A DNA stretch of 64,000 bases from Candidatus Latescibacterota bacterium (GCA_965204725.1 OZ242005.1:2304001-2368000); one strand, 5' to 3'; shown: positions 9,543-20,385, numbered from the stretch's first letter. The notes: generated by a model from the sequence alone, not told the origin. A program made the numbers and translations.

Positions 9543-11045
9543 ATGCAACCGCGTGCTGAAAAGGTGGAGATCGACCCAGAAAAACTGCGCCGTCTCCTCG
9601 CTAGCCAAATCGAAGACCAAGACCAAGCACCCGCCCAACCCGAGGCTTCCGCCACCCAAGGCGACGGTACGCAAACGGTCGAGTCCGAGGCCATCCACTT
9701 CGACCTCAAACCAGAAGAATTAGAGGCCTATCTCGATCAATACGTCATCGAGCAGCAAGACGCCAAGGCCATTCTCGCCACCAAGATCTGCACGCATTTT
9801 AACCGCCTAAAACTGCCCCCCGAGGAGGACGAAGGGTTCGTCGGCAACATCAAGAACAACGTGCTGATGATCGGCCCTACCGGCGTGGGCAAAACCTATT
9901 TAATCCGCCTCATTGCCAGCAAAATCGGCGTCCCTTTCGTCAAGGGCGACGCCACCAAATTCAGCGAGACTGGCTACGTCGGCGGCGATGTCGAAGACTT
10001 GGTTCGCGACCTAGTCCGCGAGGCCAACGGCGACATCAATCGCGCCCAGTACGGCATCATATACATCGACGAAATCGACAAAATTGCCTCCGCGCAGGGG
10101 GTTCACGGCCCGGATGTCTCGCGCTCGGGCGTCCAGCGCAATTTGCTCAAGCTGATGGAGGAAACCGACGTCGATCTCAAAGCGCCGCACGACATTGCCT
10201 CGCAGATGGAATCCGTTATCCAGATGCAGCAGACGGGCAAGATCGAACGCCAGAAGGTCAACACCCGCAACATCCTCTTTATCGTCAGCGGCGCCTTTGC
10301 CGGGCTCAACGAAATCATTGGCCGCCGGCTCAACAAAGGCACCATGGGGTTTCGCTCCCAAGCCGACCCGGCCCCCAACGCCGATCGGCTCCTGTCCCAC
10401 GTGCGGGCCGAGGACCTCATCGCCTACGGGTTTGAGTCCGAGTTCATTGGCCGCTTGCCCGTCATCGCGGTACTGCACAACCTCGGGCCCGAAGATCTCC
10501 TCGAGATTTTGCGCAACCCCAAGAGCAGCGTCATTCTGTCCAAAAAGCGCGACTTCCGCGCCTACGACATTGAGGTCGAATTTGCCGACGAGGCCCTAGC
10601 CCTTTTAGCCGAGCGCGCCCACGCCGAACGCATCGGCGCCCGCGGCTTGGTCAGCGCCATTGAAAAGGTGTTGCTCAACTACGAAAAAAAGCTCCCTTCC
10701 GTCGGCATTGAGCGCTTTGTCGTTGCGGCCGATACCGTGCTCGACCCGGCGACCGGTCTGGAGCGCTTGCTGCAAGACACCTCGTTGCGTCGCTTTCTCG
10801 ATGGGTTTCAACGCGAACACGACATCGCCTTGGCGATCACCCCGGAAGCCTCCGCGCAAATCGAGGCCCTAGCCAGTACGCGGAACATGGCCCCAGGCGC
10901 ATTGTGCGAAGAAATGTTCAGCGACTACGGCCACGGTCTCAAGCTAGCCGGGTTGAGCCAGTTCTGCATTGACGCGGACGTGGTCGCCGCTCCTCAAGAG
11001 GCCCTCAACGCGCTCGTCAAATACCACTACAACCAGCGCAGCTAA
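9543..11045 (+). CDS. ClpX-like AAA+ unfoldase lacking the N-terminal C4 zinc-binding domain
   Basis: GPTGVGKT, DATKFSETGYVG, IYIDEIDKI, DVSRSGVQRNLLK, MGF loop, EFIGRLPV, GARGL. Confidence 0.85.
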   Translation: MQPRAEKVEIDPEKLRRLLASQIEDQDQAPAQPEASATQGDGTQTVESEAIHFDLKPEELEAYLDQYVIEQQDAKAILATKICTHFNRLKLPPEEDEGFVGNIKNNVLMIGPTGVGKTYLIRLIASKIGVPFVKGDATKFSETGYVGGDVEDLVRDLVREANGDINRAQYGIIYIDEIDKIASAQGVHGPDVSRSGVQRNLLKLMEETDVDLKAPHDIASQMESVIQMQQTGKIERQKVNTRNILFIVSGAFAGLNEIIGRRLNKGTMGFRSQADPAPNADRLLSHVRAEDLIAYGFESEFIGRLPVIAVLHNLGPEDLLEILRNPKSSVILSKKRDFRAYDIEVEFADEALALLAERAHAERIGARGLVSAIEKVLLNYEKKLPSVGIERFVVAADTVLDPATGLERLLQDTSLRRFLDGFQREHDIALAITPEASAQIEALASTRNMAPGALCEEMFSDYGHGLKLAGLSQFCIDADVVAAPQEALNALVKYHYNQRS

Positions 11046-12418
11046 AGCCGGCCGCCGCCGTATTGCTTTACCTTGCGGTAGAGCGTACTCAGGCCGATTT
11101 GCAGGACTTCGGCCGCCCGCCGCCGGTCGTCGCCAACGGCCTTTAGGGTCTCGGCAATGGCCATCTGCTCGATCTCGGCCATGCTCATGCCGACGCGAAA
11201 GCCCAACCCGGGAAAGACGCGTTCTTGGCGGTTTATGTAGCGCGGAACGTCCCCGACCTCTAGCACGCCTTCGCGGGCGCCCATGACGACCATGCCCTCG
11301 ATGCAGTTTTTCAATTCCCGCACATTGCCCGGCCAATCGTAATCGCGCAACACATCTAAGGCCCGTGGCCGGATACCCGCGACGCGCTTGTTGTTCTCGG
11401 CGGCGAACTGCCGGATGAAGGCGTCGGCCAGAATGGGTATGTCCTCGCGGCACTCGCGCAGGGGCGGCACTTCGATTTTGATCACGTTGAGCCGGTAGAA
11501 GAGGTCCGCCCGGAAGTTTCCCTCCTGTACCATAGCCTCGATGTCGCGATGGGTCGCCGCGATCAAGCGCACATCGACCCGCCGGGTCTGGGTGCCGCCG
11601 ATCCGCTCAAAGCGGCCATCCTGAATCACTCTCAGCAGCTTGACTTGCGTCGGCAGGGAAATGTCGCCGACTTCGTCGAGGAACAAAGTGCCTTGATCGG
11701 CCAGCTCAAAGCGCCCTTGGCGCGCGGCTATGGCCCCGGTGTAGGCCCCCTTCTCGTGGCCGAAAAGCTCGTTTTCGACCAAGCCTTCCGGCAGGGCGCC
11801 GCAGTTGATTTCGACGAAGGCGTTTTCCCGCCGGCGGCTCTGTTGGTGGATGGCCTTTGCCACCTCGCCCTTGCCCGTGCCGGTCTCGCCAGCGATCAGA
11901 ACGCTGGTCCGCGACTGAGCCACCTGTTCGATCTGGCGGTAAATGCGCTGCCAAGACGATGAGCGGCGGGCGATGTCGTTAAAGCGGTAGCGCTCGTCCA
12001 AGCGGCGCTGCAAATCTGAGACCTCCCCGACGAGCTGCTGGTAGCGCAGGCCCTTTTCCAACACCGCGCCGACTTTGGCCAAATTCAGCGGCTGGAGTTG
12101 GAAGTCGTATGCCCCTTGGCGCATGGCTTCAACGCCCAGCTCAATATCTTCAGACCCGGCGATGGCAATCGCGCAGATGGCTGGATTGCGCTTGTGGGCG
12201 AGTTGCTGGATCCGCAACCCGTCGATGCGCTTCTCGCGCAGGGCGTAGATCAGCGCGTCAATCGCATCGGCGTCGAGTAGGTCGTACGCGCTCTGCCCCT
12301 CGTGCGCCCAGAGCACTTCGTACGCTCGCTGTTCCAAATAGAAAATCAGCTCCCGGGCCTGCTGAGATTCAGGCAGCACGACCAAGAGCCGCGGCTGCGT
12401 ATGGCGTTTCTTGCTCAC
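11042..12418 (-). CDS. Sigma54-dependent Fis-family transcriptional activator with an atypical receiver domain
   Basis: GETGTGK, ELFGHEKGAYTGA, LFLDEV, FRADLFYRLNV, WPGNVREL, C-terminal HTH; GTG start after a GAGGAGG RBS. Confidence 0.9.
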   Translation of the reverse strand: MSKKRHTQPRLLVVLPESQQARELIFYLEQRAYEVLWAHEGQSAYDLLDADAIDALIYALREKRIDGLRIQQLAHKRNPAICAIAIAGSEDIELGVEAMRQGAYDFQLQPLNLAKVGAVLEKGLRYQQLVGEVSDLQRRLDERYRFNDIARRSSSWQRIYRQIEQVAQSRTSVLIAGETGTGKGEVAKAIHQQSRRRENAFVEINCGALPEGLVENELFGHEKGAYTGAIAARQGRFELADQGTLFLDEVGDISLPTQVKLLRVIQDGRFERIGGTQTRRVDVRLIAATHRDIEAMVQEGNFRADLFYRLNVIKIEVPPLRECREDIPILADAFIRQFAAENNKRVAGIRPRALDVLRDYDWPGNVRELKNCIEGMVVMGAREGVLEVGDVPRYINRQERVFPGLGFRVGMSMAEIEQMAIAETLKAVGDDRRRAAEVLQIGLSTLYRKVKQYGGGRL

Positions 12419-12458
12419 GGACCTCCTCGTTTCACGGGTCCCATTTCTAAAATACAAA

Positions 12459-12492
12459 TGGGGCAAGATGATAACTGACCATCTTGCCCCGT
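12459..12492 (-). terminator. Terminator hairpin after rplQ
   Basis: 11-bp GGGGCAAGATG/CATCTTGCCCC stem, T-rich tail on the minus strand. Confidence 0.65.
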
Positions 12493-12523
12493 CGGCACTA
12501 CTTTGGACGCCCCGTTTTGCGGC

Positions 12524-12934
12524 CTACTCAGCCTTTTCTGCGGCCTCGGCTGGCGGGGCTTCTTCGCCGGCCGCGTCAAGGCGATCCACGAGCTCGACGA
12601 TGCTCATAAAGGCCCCATCGCCGCGGCGCGGACCCAACTTGATCAGGCGCGTATAGCCGCCGTTGCGGCTTTTGTAGCGCGGCCCCAATTCGTCAAAGAG
12701 CTTGGCAACTACTTGCTTGTCGGCTATGACGCGCAACACTTGACGCCGGGCGTGCAGGTCGCCTTGCTTGGCGCACGTCAGCACTCGCTCGGCTACGCGC
12801 TTGAGCTCTTTGGCGCGCGTCTGGGTCGTGGTGACGCGCTCGTTGATAAAGAGCGAGGCCATCATGTTGGCCAACATGGCTTTGCGATGCGGCGCCGTGC
12901 GCCCCAGTTTGGCTATTTTTTTGCCGTGTCTCAT
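12524..12934 (-). CDS. rplQ: 50S ribosomal protein L17
   Basis: [13 protein letters not shown]...[10 protein letters not shown]. Confidence 0.97.
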   Translation of the reverse strand: MRHGKKIAKLGRTAPHRKAMLANMMASLFINERVTTTQTRAKELKRVAERVLTCAKQGDLHARRQVLRVIADKQVVAKLFDELGPRYKSRNGGYTRLIKLGPRRGDGAFMSIVELVDRLDAAGEEAPPAEAAEKAE

Positions 12935-12936
12935 GG

Positions 12937-13953
12937 CTAGAATTCTTCTGCCAGCGGGTTGTCCGCTTTTTGGTCGACCTCAATGCCGGCGTACGGAGTT
13001 AGATCCATGCCCCAGCTCAGATCGTTTTCCTCGAGTACTTTCTGCAACTCGTTGAGCGATTTGCGCCCGAAATTGCGATACTCAAGCATCTCGGCCTCCG
13101 TGCGCGACACCAAGTCCTTGAGATGGGTGATCCCGGCAGCTTTGAGGCAGTTGGCCGAACGCACCGTCAACTCAATTTCTTCGACGGGCATTTGCAAGAG
13201 CTGGGCAATTTTCTTCTCCCGCTCGTCAACCTTCTTTTCCTCGTCGCTTTCAGGCTCTTCTGAAAAGTGAATAAAAAGGCTTAGGTGGTTGCTCAGGAGC
13301 TGGGCGGCCTGAGACATGGCGTCCTCGGGATGCACTGAGCCGTTGGTCCAGACCTTCATAATCAGCTTGTCGTAGTCGGTGCGCCGCTCGACGCGCGTGT
13401 TCTCGATCTCGTAGTGAACCTTGAGAACCGGCGAATAGTTCGTATCAAGTGGAATCGCACCAATGGGCTGATCGGGGATTTTGTTCTCCTCGGCGAACTG
13501 ATAGCCGCGACCACAGCCGACCACCAGCTCCATTTTTAGGGAGGCCCCTTTATCCAAGGTGGCGATGTGCAGGTCGGGATTCATCACCTCGATGCTGGGA
13601 TCCACGGCTAGGGCCTTGGCCGACAAAGCCCCTGCGGTCGCGCATTCGACGAGCAGGACGCGATCCTCCTCGCCCCGATAGCGAATCGCCACTTCCTTGA
13701 AGTTGCGCACGATCTCCGGCACGTCCTCGCGGACCCCGGCAATCGTGGAAAACTCGTGATGCACACCTTCGATATGAACCTGCTTGATCGCGGCCCCTTG
13801 GATAAAAGACAGCAATACGCGGCGCAGGGCGTGCCCAATAGAAACGCCAAAGCCGCGCTCGAGCGGCTGGACGACAAACATGCCATACGTCTCGCTAAGG
13901 CTTTCTTTTTCGACCTCGGCCAGCTTCGGCATCTGGAGACCTTCTAATTTCAT
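12937..13953 (-). CDS. rpoA: RNA polymerase alpha subunit
   Basis: [43 protein letters not shown]. Confidence 0.97.
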   Translation of the reverse strand: MKLEGLQMPKLAEVEKESLSETYGMFVVQPLERGFGVSIGHALRRVLLSFIQGAAIKQVHIEGVHHEFSTIAGVREDVPEIVRNFKEVAIRYRGEEDRVLLVECATAGALSAKALAVDPSIEVMNPDLHIATLDKGASLKMELVVGCGRGYQFAEENKIPDQPIGAIPLDTNYSPVLKVHYEIENTRVERRTDYDKLIMKVWTNGSVHPEDAMSQAAQLLSNHLSLFIHFSEEPESDEEKKVDEREKKIAQLLQMPVEEIELTVRSANCLKAAGITHLKDLVSRTEAEMLEYRNFGRKSLNELQKVLEENDLSWGMDLTPYAGIEVDQKADNPLAEEF

Positions 13954-13996
13954 ACTGTATCCTCTTGTCTCTTGATGGATTGGACGGAGTGAACCT

Positions 13997-14623
13997 TTAG
14001 ACGCGAGAATAAAACTCAATGACTAATTGTTCTTCGGCGACCGTGGGAATGTCTTCGCGGCCGGGGACCTCGGCCACGGTCCCAGTCAGGTTGACCTTGT
14101 CTATGGCCAGCCAAGGCACGGTATCGCGTGCGCGCCGCAGCGATTCGTGAATGGCCTCTAGCTGACGACTGCGCTCGGCAACCTGTACCACATCCCCCAT
14201 CCGGGTCAGGTAGGAAGGGATATTGACCCGGATGCCGTTTACCGCGATGTGGTTGTGGCGCACCAACTGGCGTGCGGCCTTGCGCGATGGCGCGAAACCG
14301 AGCCGATAGACGATGTTGTCGAGGCGACGCTCCAACAGGCGCAACAGGTTTTCGCCGCTGACGCCCGGCACCCGCGAGGCTTCCTTGTAATAGCCCCGGA
14401 ACTGGCCTTCGCGGATTCCGTAGAGCCGAGCGAGCTTCTGCTTAGCCCGCAGCTGGACGCTGTAGTCGGACTGCTTGCGCCGCAGCCCCTGGCCGTGTTG
14501 GCCCGGAGCATAGCTGCGCCGCTCAAAGGAGCATTTTTCGAGGCTGCAACGCTCGCCTTTCAGGAAGAGTTTGGCCCCTTCCCGGCGGCAGAAGCGACAG
14601 TTGGGACCGGTATGTCTGCTCAT
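13997..14623 (-). CDS. rpsD: 30S ribosomal protein S4 (cysteine-containing type)
   Basis: CRFCRREG, PGQHG, LERRLDNIVYRLGF. Confidence 0.97.
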   Translation of the reverse strand: MSRHTGPNCRFCRREGAKLFLKGERCSLEKCSFERRSYAPGQHGQGLRRKQSDYSVQLRAKQKLARLYGIREGQFRGYYKEASRVPGVSGENLLRLLERRLDNIVYRLGFAPSRKAARQLVRHNHIAVNGIRVNIPSYLTRMGDVVQVAERSRQLEAIHESLRRARDTVPWLAIDKVNLTGTVAEVPGREDIPTVAEEQLVIEFYSRV

Positions 14624-14639
14624 AACGTAGTTCGCTCCT

Positions 14640-15029
14640 CTAGACGCGGCGACGCTTAGGTGGCCGACAGCCGTTGTGCGGCATGGGCGTCACGTCGCGG
14701 ATGGCGGAAATTTCGAGCCCGGCGTTTTGCAGGGCGCGGATGGCGGACTCGCGCCCTACGCCCGGCCCCTTGACCCAGACCTCCACGCGGCGCAACCCCA
14801 TGTTCATGGCTTCTTGCGCGGCCTTTTCAGCGGCGAGCTGACCGGCAAAGGGCGTAGATTTGCGACTGCCCTTGATGCTCATTTTCCCTGGGGTCGCCCA
14901 AGAAATCACATTGCCCCTCGTATCGGTCAGGGTGATGATCGTATTGTTGAACGTGGCCAAAATGTGAGCCACGCCCACCGCTTCTACCTGTTTTGCTTTC
15001 TTGCGTCTCTTGCGTCTTTCGGGCGGCAA
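14640..15029 (-). CDS. rpsK: 30S ribosomal protein S11
   Basis: [27 protein letters not shown]. Confidence 0.97.
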   Translation of the reverse strand: MPPERRKRRKKAKQVEAVGVAHILATFNNTIITLTDTRGNVISWATPGKMSIKGSRKSTPFAGQLAAEKAAQEAMNMGLRRVEVWVKGPGVGRESAIRALQNAGLEISAIRDVTPMPHNGCRPPKRRRV

Positions 15030-15055
15030 AGGTCTATCTCTCCGTTGGGGTTGAG

Positions 15056-15436
15056 CTACTTGACGGGGGCCTTTTTCTTGCCGGCAATGGCTCGCCGCGG
15101 CCCCTTGCGCGTGCGGGCATTGGTCTTGGTGCGCTGGCCGTTGGCCGGCAGCCCGCGACGATGCCGCAACCCCCGATAGCAGCCGATGTCCATCAGCCGC
15201 TTGACATTCAGGGTGGTTTCGCCGCGCAGACTGCCTTCGACCTTGTGGCTGACCTCGATGATCGAGCGCAAACTGTTGACTTGGTCTTCGTTCAGCTCGT
15301 TGATGCGAGTTTGGGGGTCAATCCTCGCCTGCGAGGCGATGCGACCGGCTGTCGCATACCCAATGCCAAAGATATAGGTCAATGCGATAACGACCCGCTT
15401 GTCGCGGGGTAAATCTACACCTGCTATGCGTGCCAT
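15056..15436 (-). CDS. rpsM: 30S ribosomal protein S13
   Basis: [10 protein letters not shown]...[13 protein letters not shown]. Confidence 0.97.
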   Translation of the reverse strand: MARIAGVDLPRDKRVVIALTYIFGIGYATAGRIASQARIDPQTRINELNEDQVNSLRSIIEVSHKVEGSLRGETTLNVKRLMDIGCYRGLRHRRGLPANGQRTKTNARTRKGPRRAIAGKKKAPVK

Positions 15437-15572
15437 GGTGCTTGCCTCATGGTAAAGTGCTCGGGGGTCCAATCCTTCCTACGAGTGGGATTGGAGTGGA
15501 ATTTTTGTGAATGCTCTGCGCCGGTTGCGGCCGTTATGGGTGGAGAAGATAGCGGCTCCTGGGCGTACCGCC

Positions 15573-15689
15573 TCAGCCTTGTTTCTGCTTGTGGCGGGGA
15601 TTACGCCGGCATATCACGCGCACGACCCCGCGTCGACGGACGATCTTGCACTCGGAACAGCGCTTGCTGACAGAGGCTCTAACTTTCAC
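15573..15689 (-). CDS. rpmJ: 50S ribosomal protein L36
   Basis: Manual translation [38 protein letters not shown] (GTG start; below the ORF-track size cutoff). Confidence 0.95.
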   Translation of the reverse strand: MKVRASVSKRCSECKIVRRRGVVRVICRRNPRHKQKQG

Positions 15690-15710
15690 GATACTCGCTC
15701 CAAGTGAGGT

Positions 15711-17054
15711 TTAGCCGCGACGGCCCTGAATTTTGCCCCGCTTCATAAAGCCCTCGTAGTGGCGGGTCATTAGCTGGGACTCGATCTGCTGCAAAGTGTC
15801 TAACGCCACGCCGACGACGATCAAAAGCCCGGTGCCGCCAAAAAATTGGGCAAAAGAAGGAGCCACGTTGAATTGCTGCGTGACGAAGAAGGGAAAAATC
15901 GCCACCAGCGCGAGGGCAATAGAACCCGGTAGGGTAATCCGCGTCATAATCCCGTCAATATATTGGGCGGTGCGCGGCCCGGGGCGAACCCCCGGAATGA
16001 AGCCGCCGTGCTTTTTCATGTTGTCGGCGAGTTGGTTGGGATCCATGACGATGGCAGTATAAAAATAAGTAAAGAAGATGATCATGAGCGCATAGACGAC
16101 CCAATAAAACAGGGATTCGGTCGAGAAAAACGAACCGATCGCCAGCATGAACTCATGGCCGGGGAACATCTGCGTGATCGTACCGGGCAAGAACATGATC
16201 GACTGGGCAAATATGATCGGAATTACGCCCGCCGTGTTGATCCGCAGTGGAATGTGGGTGGTCTGGCCGCCGTAAATGCGCCGCCCGACGACGCGCTTGG
16301 CGTATTGCACGGGAATTTTGCGTAGCCCCTGAGTCAGCAGGATCACAAAGGCCACGACGCCGAACATAAGCCCGACGAGCAGGATCTCTTCGATGATGTT
16401 CTTGCTGAAGCCGCGGTTAATGATAAAGAGATTGTACTCCTGATTGATCGCGTAGGGCAACTCGGCGATGATGCCGATGAAGATGATCAGAGAAATGCCG
16501 TTGCCAATGCCGCGCTCGGTGATCTGCTCGCCCAACCACATGATGAAGATCGTGCCGGTGGTAATCGTCAGCATAGTCGCCAACGTAAAGCCAAGACCCG
16601 GGTCGGCAACGGCCGGCTGGCCCGAGTACGGAGCCTTGATGCTGGTTATGAAGAAACTGACGCCGTAGGACTGAGCCGCCGCCAGAAAGACCGTGCCATA
16701 GCGCGTGTACTGGGTTATTTTCTTGCGCCCCTCTTCGCCTTCGCGCTGCAATTTTTGGAAGTAGGGAATAACCGCGCCCAGCAACTGCAAAATGATCGAG
16801 GCACTGATATAGGGCATAATGCCCAGCGCGAAGATCGTCCCCCGCGTAAAAGCACCGCCCACAAACATGTCGTACAGCCCAAAAAGGGTGTTGTTAGAGC
16901 TTTCAAAGAACTCTTTGAGCACGGCTAGCTCGACCCCGGGAACCGTGATCTGACCGCCGATGCGATAGACGACCAAAAGCCCTACCGTGAAGAGTATCCG
17001 ACGACGCAAATCGGGAATTTTGAAGCAGTTTTGAAAACTCTGCACCAATTGCAT
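15711..17054 (-). CDS. secY: Preprotein translocase SecY
   Basis: ALGIMPYISASII, WLGEQITERGIGNGISL, GGFIPGVRPG. Confidence 0.97.
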   Translation of the reverse strand: MQLVQSFQNCFKIPDLRRRILFTVGLLVVYRIGGQITVPGVELAVLKEFFESSNNTLFGLYDMFVGGAFTRGTIFALGIMPYISASIILQLLGAVIPYFQKLQREGEEGRKKITQYTRYGTVFLAAAQSYGVSFFITSIKAPYSGQPAVADPGLGFTLATMLTITTGTIFIMWLGEQITERGIGNGISLIIFIGIIAELPYAINQEYNLFIINRGFSKNIIEEILLVGLMFGVVAFVILLTQGLRKIPVQYAKRVVGRRIYGGQTTHIPLRINTAGVIPIIFAQSIMFLPGTITQMFPGHEFMLAIGSFFSTESLFYWVVYALMIIFFTYFYTAIVMDPNQLADNMKKHGGFIPGVRPGPRTAQYIDGIMTRITLPGSIALALVAIFPFFVTQQFNVAPSFAQFFGGTGLLIVVGVALDTLQQIESQLMTRHYEGFMKRGKIQGRRG

Positions 17055-17503
17055 CAAATCACCTCGGCCTGGCCGCCTGCTTTGACAATTTTCTCTGCGG
17101 CCGCAGTGGAGAATTTGTGCGCCTTAACCGTCAGGGGCTGACTCAGTTCCCCTTCGCCGAGGACCTTCAGCAGCCCGGACGCCTTGGCGATCAAACCGGC
17201 CGCAGCCAGTTCCTCTGGCCCGACTTCTCCGCTGAGGCCCCGCGCTTCGAGATCGCGCAGATTGACGATCTGATAGATCGTTTTGAATTTGTGATTGGAA
17301 AAACCCACCTTGGGAATGTGGCGGAACAGGGGCAGCGTACCGCCGGTAAACCCGACGCGGTTGCCGCGCCGAGCACCGGACCTAGCTCGCTGGCCTTTGT
17401 GGCCTTTGCCCGCGGTCTTGCCCGTCCCCGAGCCCGGCCCTTGTCCCAATCGCTTGCGGCTCCGCTTAGACCCCGGAGGGCATTTTATATTTTCTAGACG
17501 CAT
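17054..17503 (-). CDS. rplO: 50S ribosomal protein L15
   Basis: GSGTGKTAGKGHKGQRARSG. Confidence 0.95.
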   Translation of the reverse strand: MRLENIKCPPGSKRSRKRLGQGPGSGTGKTAGKGHKGQRARSGARRGNRVGFTGGTLPLFRHIPKVGFSNHKFKTIYQIVNLRDLEARGLSGEVGPEELAAAGLIAKASGLLKVLGEGELSQPLTVKAHKFSTAAAEKIVKAGGQAEVI

Positions 17504-17516
17504 GGCACGCTCTCGC

Positions 17517-17708
17517 TTACTCTTCTGCTTCCTCAACTTCCTCAACTGCGACCAGATGCTTGACTTTGGCGATCATTCCCCGGATCTGGGGCGTGTCGTT
17601 GTGTGCGACCTGTTGGTATAGGCGCTTGATTCCCAAAGCTGCGATCGTCGCCTTTTGATCTTTGGCGCGGCCAATGGCACTGCGCCGCTGCGTAATGACC
17701 AATTTCAT
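17517..17708 (-). CDS. rpmD: 50S ribosomal protein L30
   Basis: ITQRRSAIGR...TPQIRGMI. Confidence 0.93.
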   Translation of the reverse strand: MKLVITQRRSAIGRAKDQKATIAALGIKRLYQQVAHNDTPQIRGMIAKVKHLVAVEEVEEAEE

Positions 17709-17711
17709 GGG

Positions 17712-18245
17712 TTAATCCCAAGCGCGGAGCGATTCCACCGGAACCCCGCGCTCCCGGGCGATCATCTCGGCACTACGCAGTTGCGTCAGTGCTTTGACGG
17801 TCGCCTTTACTGAATTTTGCACATTGTTGGAGCCGAGGGATTTGGTCAGAATATCGTGGATGCCGGCCAGTTCCAGCACGATGCGGGTGCCACCGCTGGC
17901 GATGATTCCGGTGCCCGGAGTCGCCGGCTTAAAAAGGAGTTTGACCGCGCCGAAGACGCCGACGACCTCATGCGGTATGGTTCCGGCGGTGACCGGGACC
18001 TCGACGACGTTCTTTTTGGCCGCCTCGGCCCCCTTGCGGATGGCCTCGGCGATCTCACCGGCCTTGCCCGAACCAAACCCCACTCGACCCTTGCGGTCCC
18101 CAACGACAACCATCGCGCTAAAGCTGAAACGCCGCCCCCCCTTGCGCACATGCGAAACTCGCTTGATGCTGTTTTGGACGACCGCTTCGCTCAGCTCTGC
18201 ATCGCTGGAATCGGATTTCGCTCTGCTCGTATCTGCTTTCGCCAC
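17712..18245 (-). CDS. rpsE: 30S ribosomal protein S5
   Basis: [16 protein letters not shown]. Confidence 0.96.
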   Translation of the reverse strand: MAKADTSRAKSDSSDAELSEAVVQNSIKRVSHVRKGGRRFSFSAMVVVGDRKGRVGFGSGKAGEIAEAIRKGAEAAKKNVVEVPVTAGTIPHEVVGVFGAVKLLFKPATPGTGIIASGGTRIVLELAGIHDILTKSLGSNNVQNSVKATVKALTQLRSAEMIARERGVPVESLRAWD

Positions 18246-18256
18246 GCCGTTCTCCC

Positions 18257-18631
18257 TTAGAAATTCAAGCCGGCTTCCCGCGCCCCATCGGCCACGGCTT
18301 TGATCACCCCGTGATAGAGCAGGCCGCCGCGGTCAAAAACGACCTGCTTAATGCCTTTTTCGCACGCCTTAGCAGCGATTATTTTGCCGACTTCGTGCCC
18401 TTGGGACACTCGATTGTCAAACTGCCGTTCCCTCAGTTCCCGACACTGGGTGGAAAGCCCTAAAAGGGAATGACCCGCCACATCGTCGACTAGCTGCACC
18501 TCGATATGGCGCAGGGAACGATGCACCACCATGCGAGGCCGCTCGGACGTACCCGAGACAATTTTGCGCAGTCGGTGCCGCCGCCGATGCCGCCGATGCC
18601 TTTTCCCGGCCAAGTGTTTTTTGTCTTTCAT
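18257..18631 (-). CDS. rplR: 50S ribosomal protein L18
   Basis: [21 protein letters not shown]. Confidence 0.95.
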   Translation of the reverse strand: MKDKKHLAGKRHRRHRRRHRLRKIVSGTSERPRMVVHRSLRHIEVQLVDDVAGHSLLGLSTQCRELRERQFDNRVSQGHEVGKIIAAKACEKGIKQVVFDRGGLLYHGVIKAVADGAREAGLNF

Positions 18632-19188
18632 TAGCCTACTGCCGCCTTGCCTTGTTTCCAGTGAATGACCTCGTTCTCATAGCGGACCCCCTTGCCCTTG
18701 TAGGGCTCCGGGCGGCGCTTGAAGCGAATATCGGCCGCCACTTGGCCCACGAGCTGCTTGTCGATGCCCCTGACGGCGATGCGGGCTTGTGCGCCTTGAG
18801 TGCCGTCGGACACTTCGACTTGGATGCCTTCGGGGACCTCGTAGATCACCGGATGCGAATAACCTACGTGGAGCACGAGTTGGCGGCCTTGGACCTCCGC
18901 TCGATACCCTACGCCAAACACATCCAAGTTCTTAAAAAAACCCTTGGAGACCCCCTCAACCGCATTCGCGATCAAGGTGCGGGTCAATCCGTGTAGGGAA
19001 CGAGCCTGTTTGCTCTCGCCTTTGCGCGTCACAATTAAGGCACTGTCTTGCTGGGCCACGGCGAGATGCTCGGCGACAAACGGCACCTGCAACTGGCCTT
19101 TTGGCCCTTTTACGGAGACCTCGGCAGGAGCCAACGCGACTTCGACGCCCTGCGGTAGGGAAAGGGGTTTGCTGCCTATGCGCGACAA
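18631..19188 (-). CDS. rplF: 50S ribosomal protein L6
   Basis: MSRIG...PEPYKGKGVRY. Confidence 0.96.
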   Translation of the reverse strand: MSRIGSKPLSLPQGVEVALAPAEVSVKGPKGQLQVPFVAEHLAVAQQDSALIVTRKGESKQARSLHGLTRTLIANAVEGVSKGFFKNLDVFGVGYRAEVQGRQLVLHVGYSHPVIYEVPEGIQVEVSDGTQGAQARIAVRGIDKQLVGQVAADIRFKRRPEPYKGKGVRYENEVIHWKQGKAAVG

Positions 19189-19214
19189 TCTAACATTCTC
19201 CCAGTGGCTTTCAT

Positions 19215-19613
19215 TTACCAGACGCTACAGAGGATCTCGCCGCCTACGCCGTTTATCCTCGCTTCTTTATCGGTCATCACTCCCCTAGAGGTGGAGATGA
19301 TGGCGATGCCCAGCCCCCGGAGCACCCGCGGGATATTGGCTTTGCCCGCATATTGGCGCAACCCGGGCTTGCTGACGCGCTCTAGCCCGCGGATGATGCT
19401 GTTATCATGCTGATCGTAGCGCAGATAGAGCCGCAAAATGCCCTGCTTACCATCTTCGATAAAGGCGAAGTTGTCGATGAAGCGGGACTCGGCCAATACG
19501 CGCGCCACTTCTCGCTTCAGCTTTGAGGCGGGCACGTCGACCTTTGAGTGCTTGGCACTACAGGCGTTGCGAATGCGGGTCAACATGTCCGCGATGGGAT
19601 CCGTCATGCTCAT
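19215..19613 (-). CDS. rpsH: 30S ribosomal protein S8
   Basis: [21 protein letters not shown]. Confidence 0.97.
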   Translation of the reverse strand: MSMTDPIADMLTRIRNACSAKHSKVDVPASKLKREVARVLAESRFIDNFAFIEDGKQGILRLYLRYDQHDNSIIRGLERVSKPGLRQYAGKANIPRVLRGLGIAIISTSRGVMTDKEARINGVGGEILCSVW

Positions 19614-19631
19614 TATTGATTCTCCAACTCG

Positions 19632-19817
19632 CTACCAACTCGCCTTGCTAACGCCCGGAATCTCGCCCTTGAGGGCCAACTCGCGAAAACAAATGCGGCA
19701 CAGGCCGAACTTGCGATATACTGCACGCGGGCGTCCACAGCGGTGACAGCGAGTATAGGCTCGCGAGGAAAACTTGGGTTTGCGCTGCGCTTTGGCTATC
19801 AAGCATTTCTTTGGCAT
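19632..19817 (-). CDS. rpsN: 30S ribosomal protein S14, short zinc-binding type
   Basis: 61 aa, RCHRCGR...LCRICFR...KASW. Confidence 0.95.
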   Translation of the reverse strand: MPKKCLIAKAQRKPKFSSRAYTRCHRCGRPRAVYRKFGLCRICFRELALKGEIPGVSKASW

Positions 19818-19836
19818 TAGCGGGTTCTTTCTGGCC

Positions 19837-20382
19837 CTATTGACTGAAGGGCATGCCTAACAAACGGAGCAACTCTTGGCCTTCTTCGTCGCTTTTGGCT
19901 GAGGTGACAATGGTGATATTCATGCCCCGGACTTGGTCGATCATATCGTAGTTGATCTCGGGAAATATGATCTGTTCCTTGATGCCCAGATTGTAGTTCC
20001 CGCGTCCGTCGAAACTCTTGGGAGAAACGCCGCGAAAATCTCTCACCTGCGGCAAGGCGAAACTAATCAAGCGGTCGAGAAACTCGTACATGCGGGTGCC
20101 CCGCAAAGTGACCATGCAGCCGATGGGAACGCCGACGCGCAGTTTGAAGTTTGAGATCGCCTTCTTGGCTTGGCGGATGGCGGGCTTTTGGCCGGTGATC
20201 GCCGTCAACTCGGATACCGCGCCTTCGAGCACCTTGGGCTCTTGCACCGCCTCGCCAACGCCCATATTGACGACGACCTTTTGCAAGCGCGGCACCTGCA
20301 TGTCGTTCTCAAAGGCGAAGCGGGCCTTGAGTTGAGGCAACGCTTTTTCTCGATACTCTTTTTTTAGTCTGGCTTCGTACAT
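19837..20382 (-). CDS. rplE: 50S ribosomal protein L5
   Basis: ITGQKP, RDFRG, FDGRGNY. Confidence 0.97.
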   Translation of the reverse strand: MYEARLKKEYREKALPQLKARFAFENDMQVPRLQKVVVNMGVGEAVQEPKVLEGAVSELTAITGQKPAIRQAKKAISNFKLRVGVPIGCMVTLRGTRMYEFLDRLISFALPQVRDFRGVSPKSFDGRGNYNLGIKEQIIFPEINYDMIDQVRGMNITIVTSAKSDEEGQELLRLLGMPFSQ

Positions 20383-20385
20383 GGC

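Noticed and set aside
18575-18600. 9-nt repeats at the start of rplR (RHR repeats)
   Set aside because: In frame within the normally basic, variable L18 N-terminus
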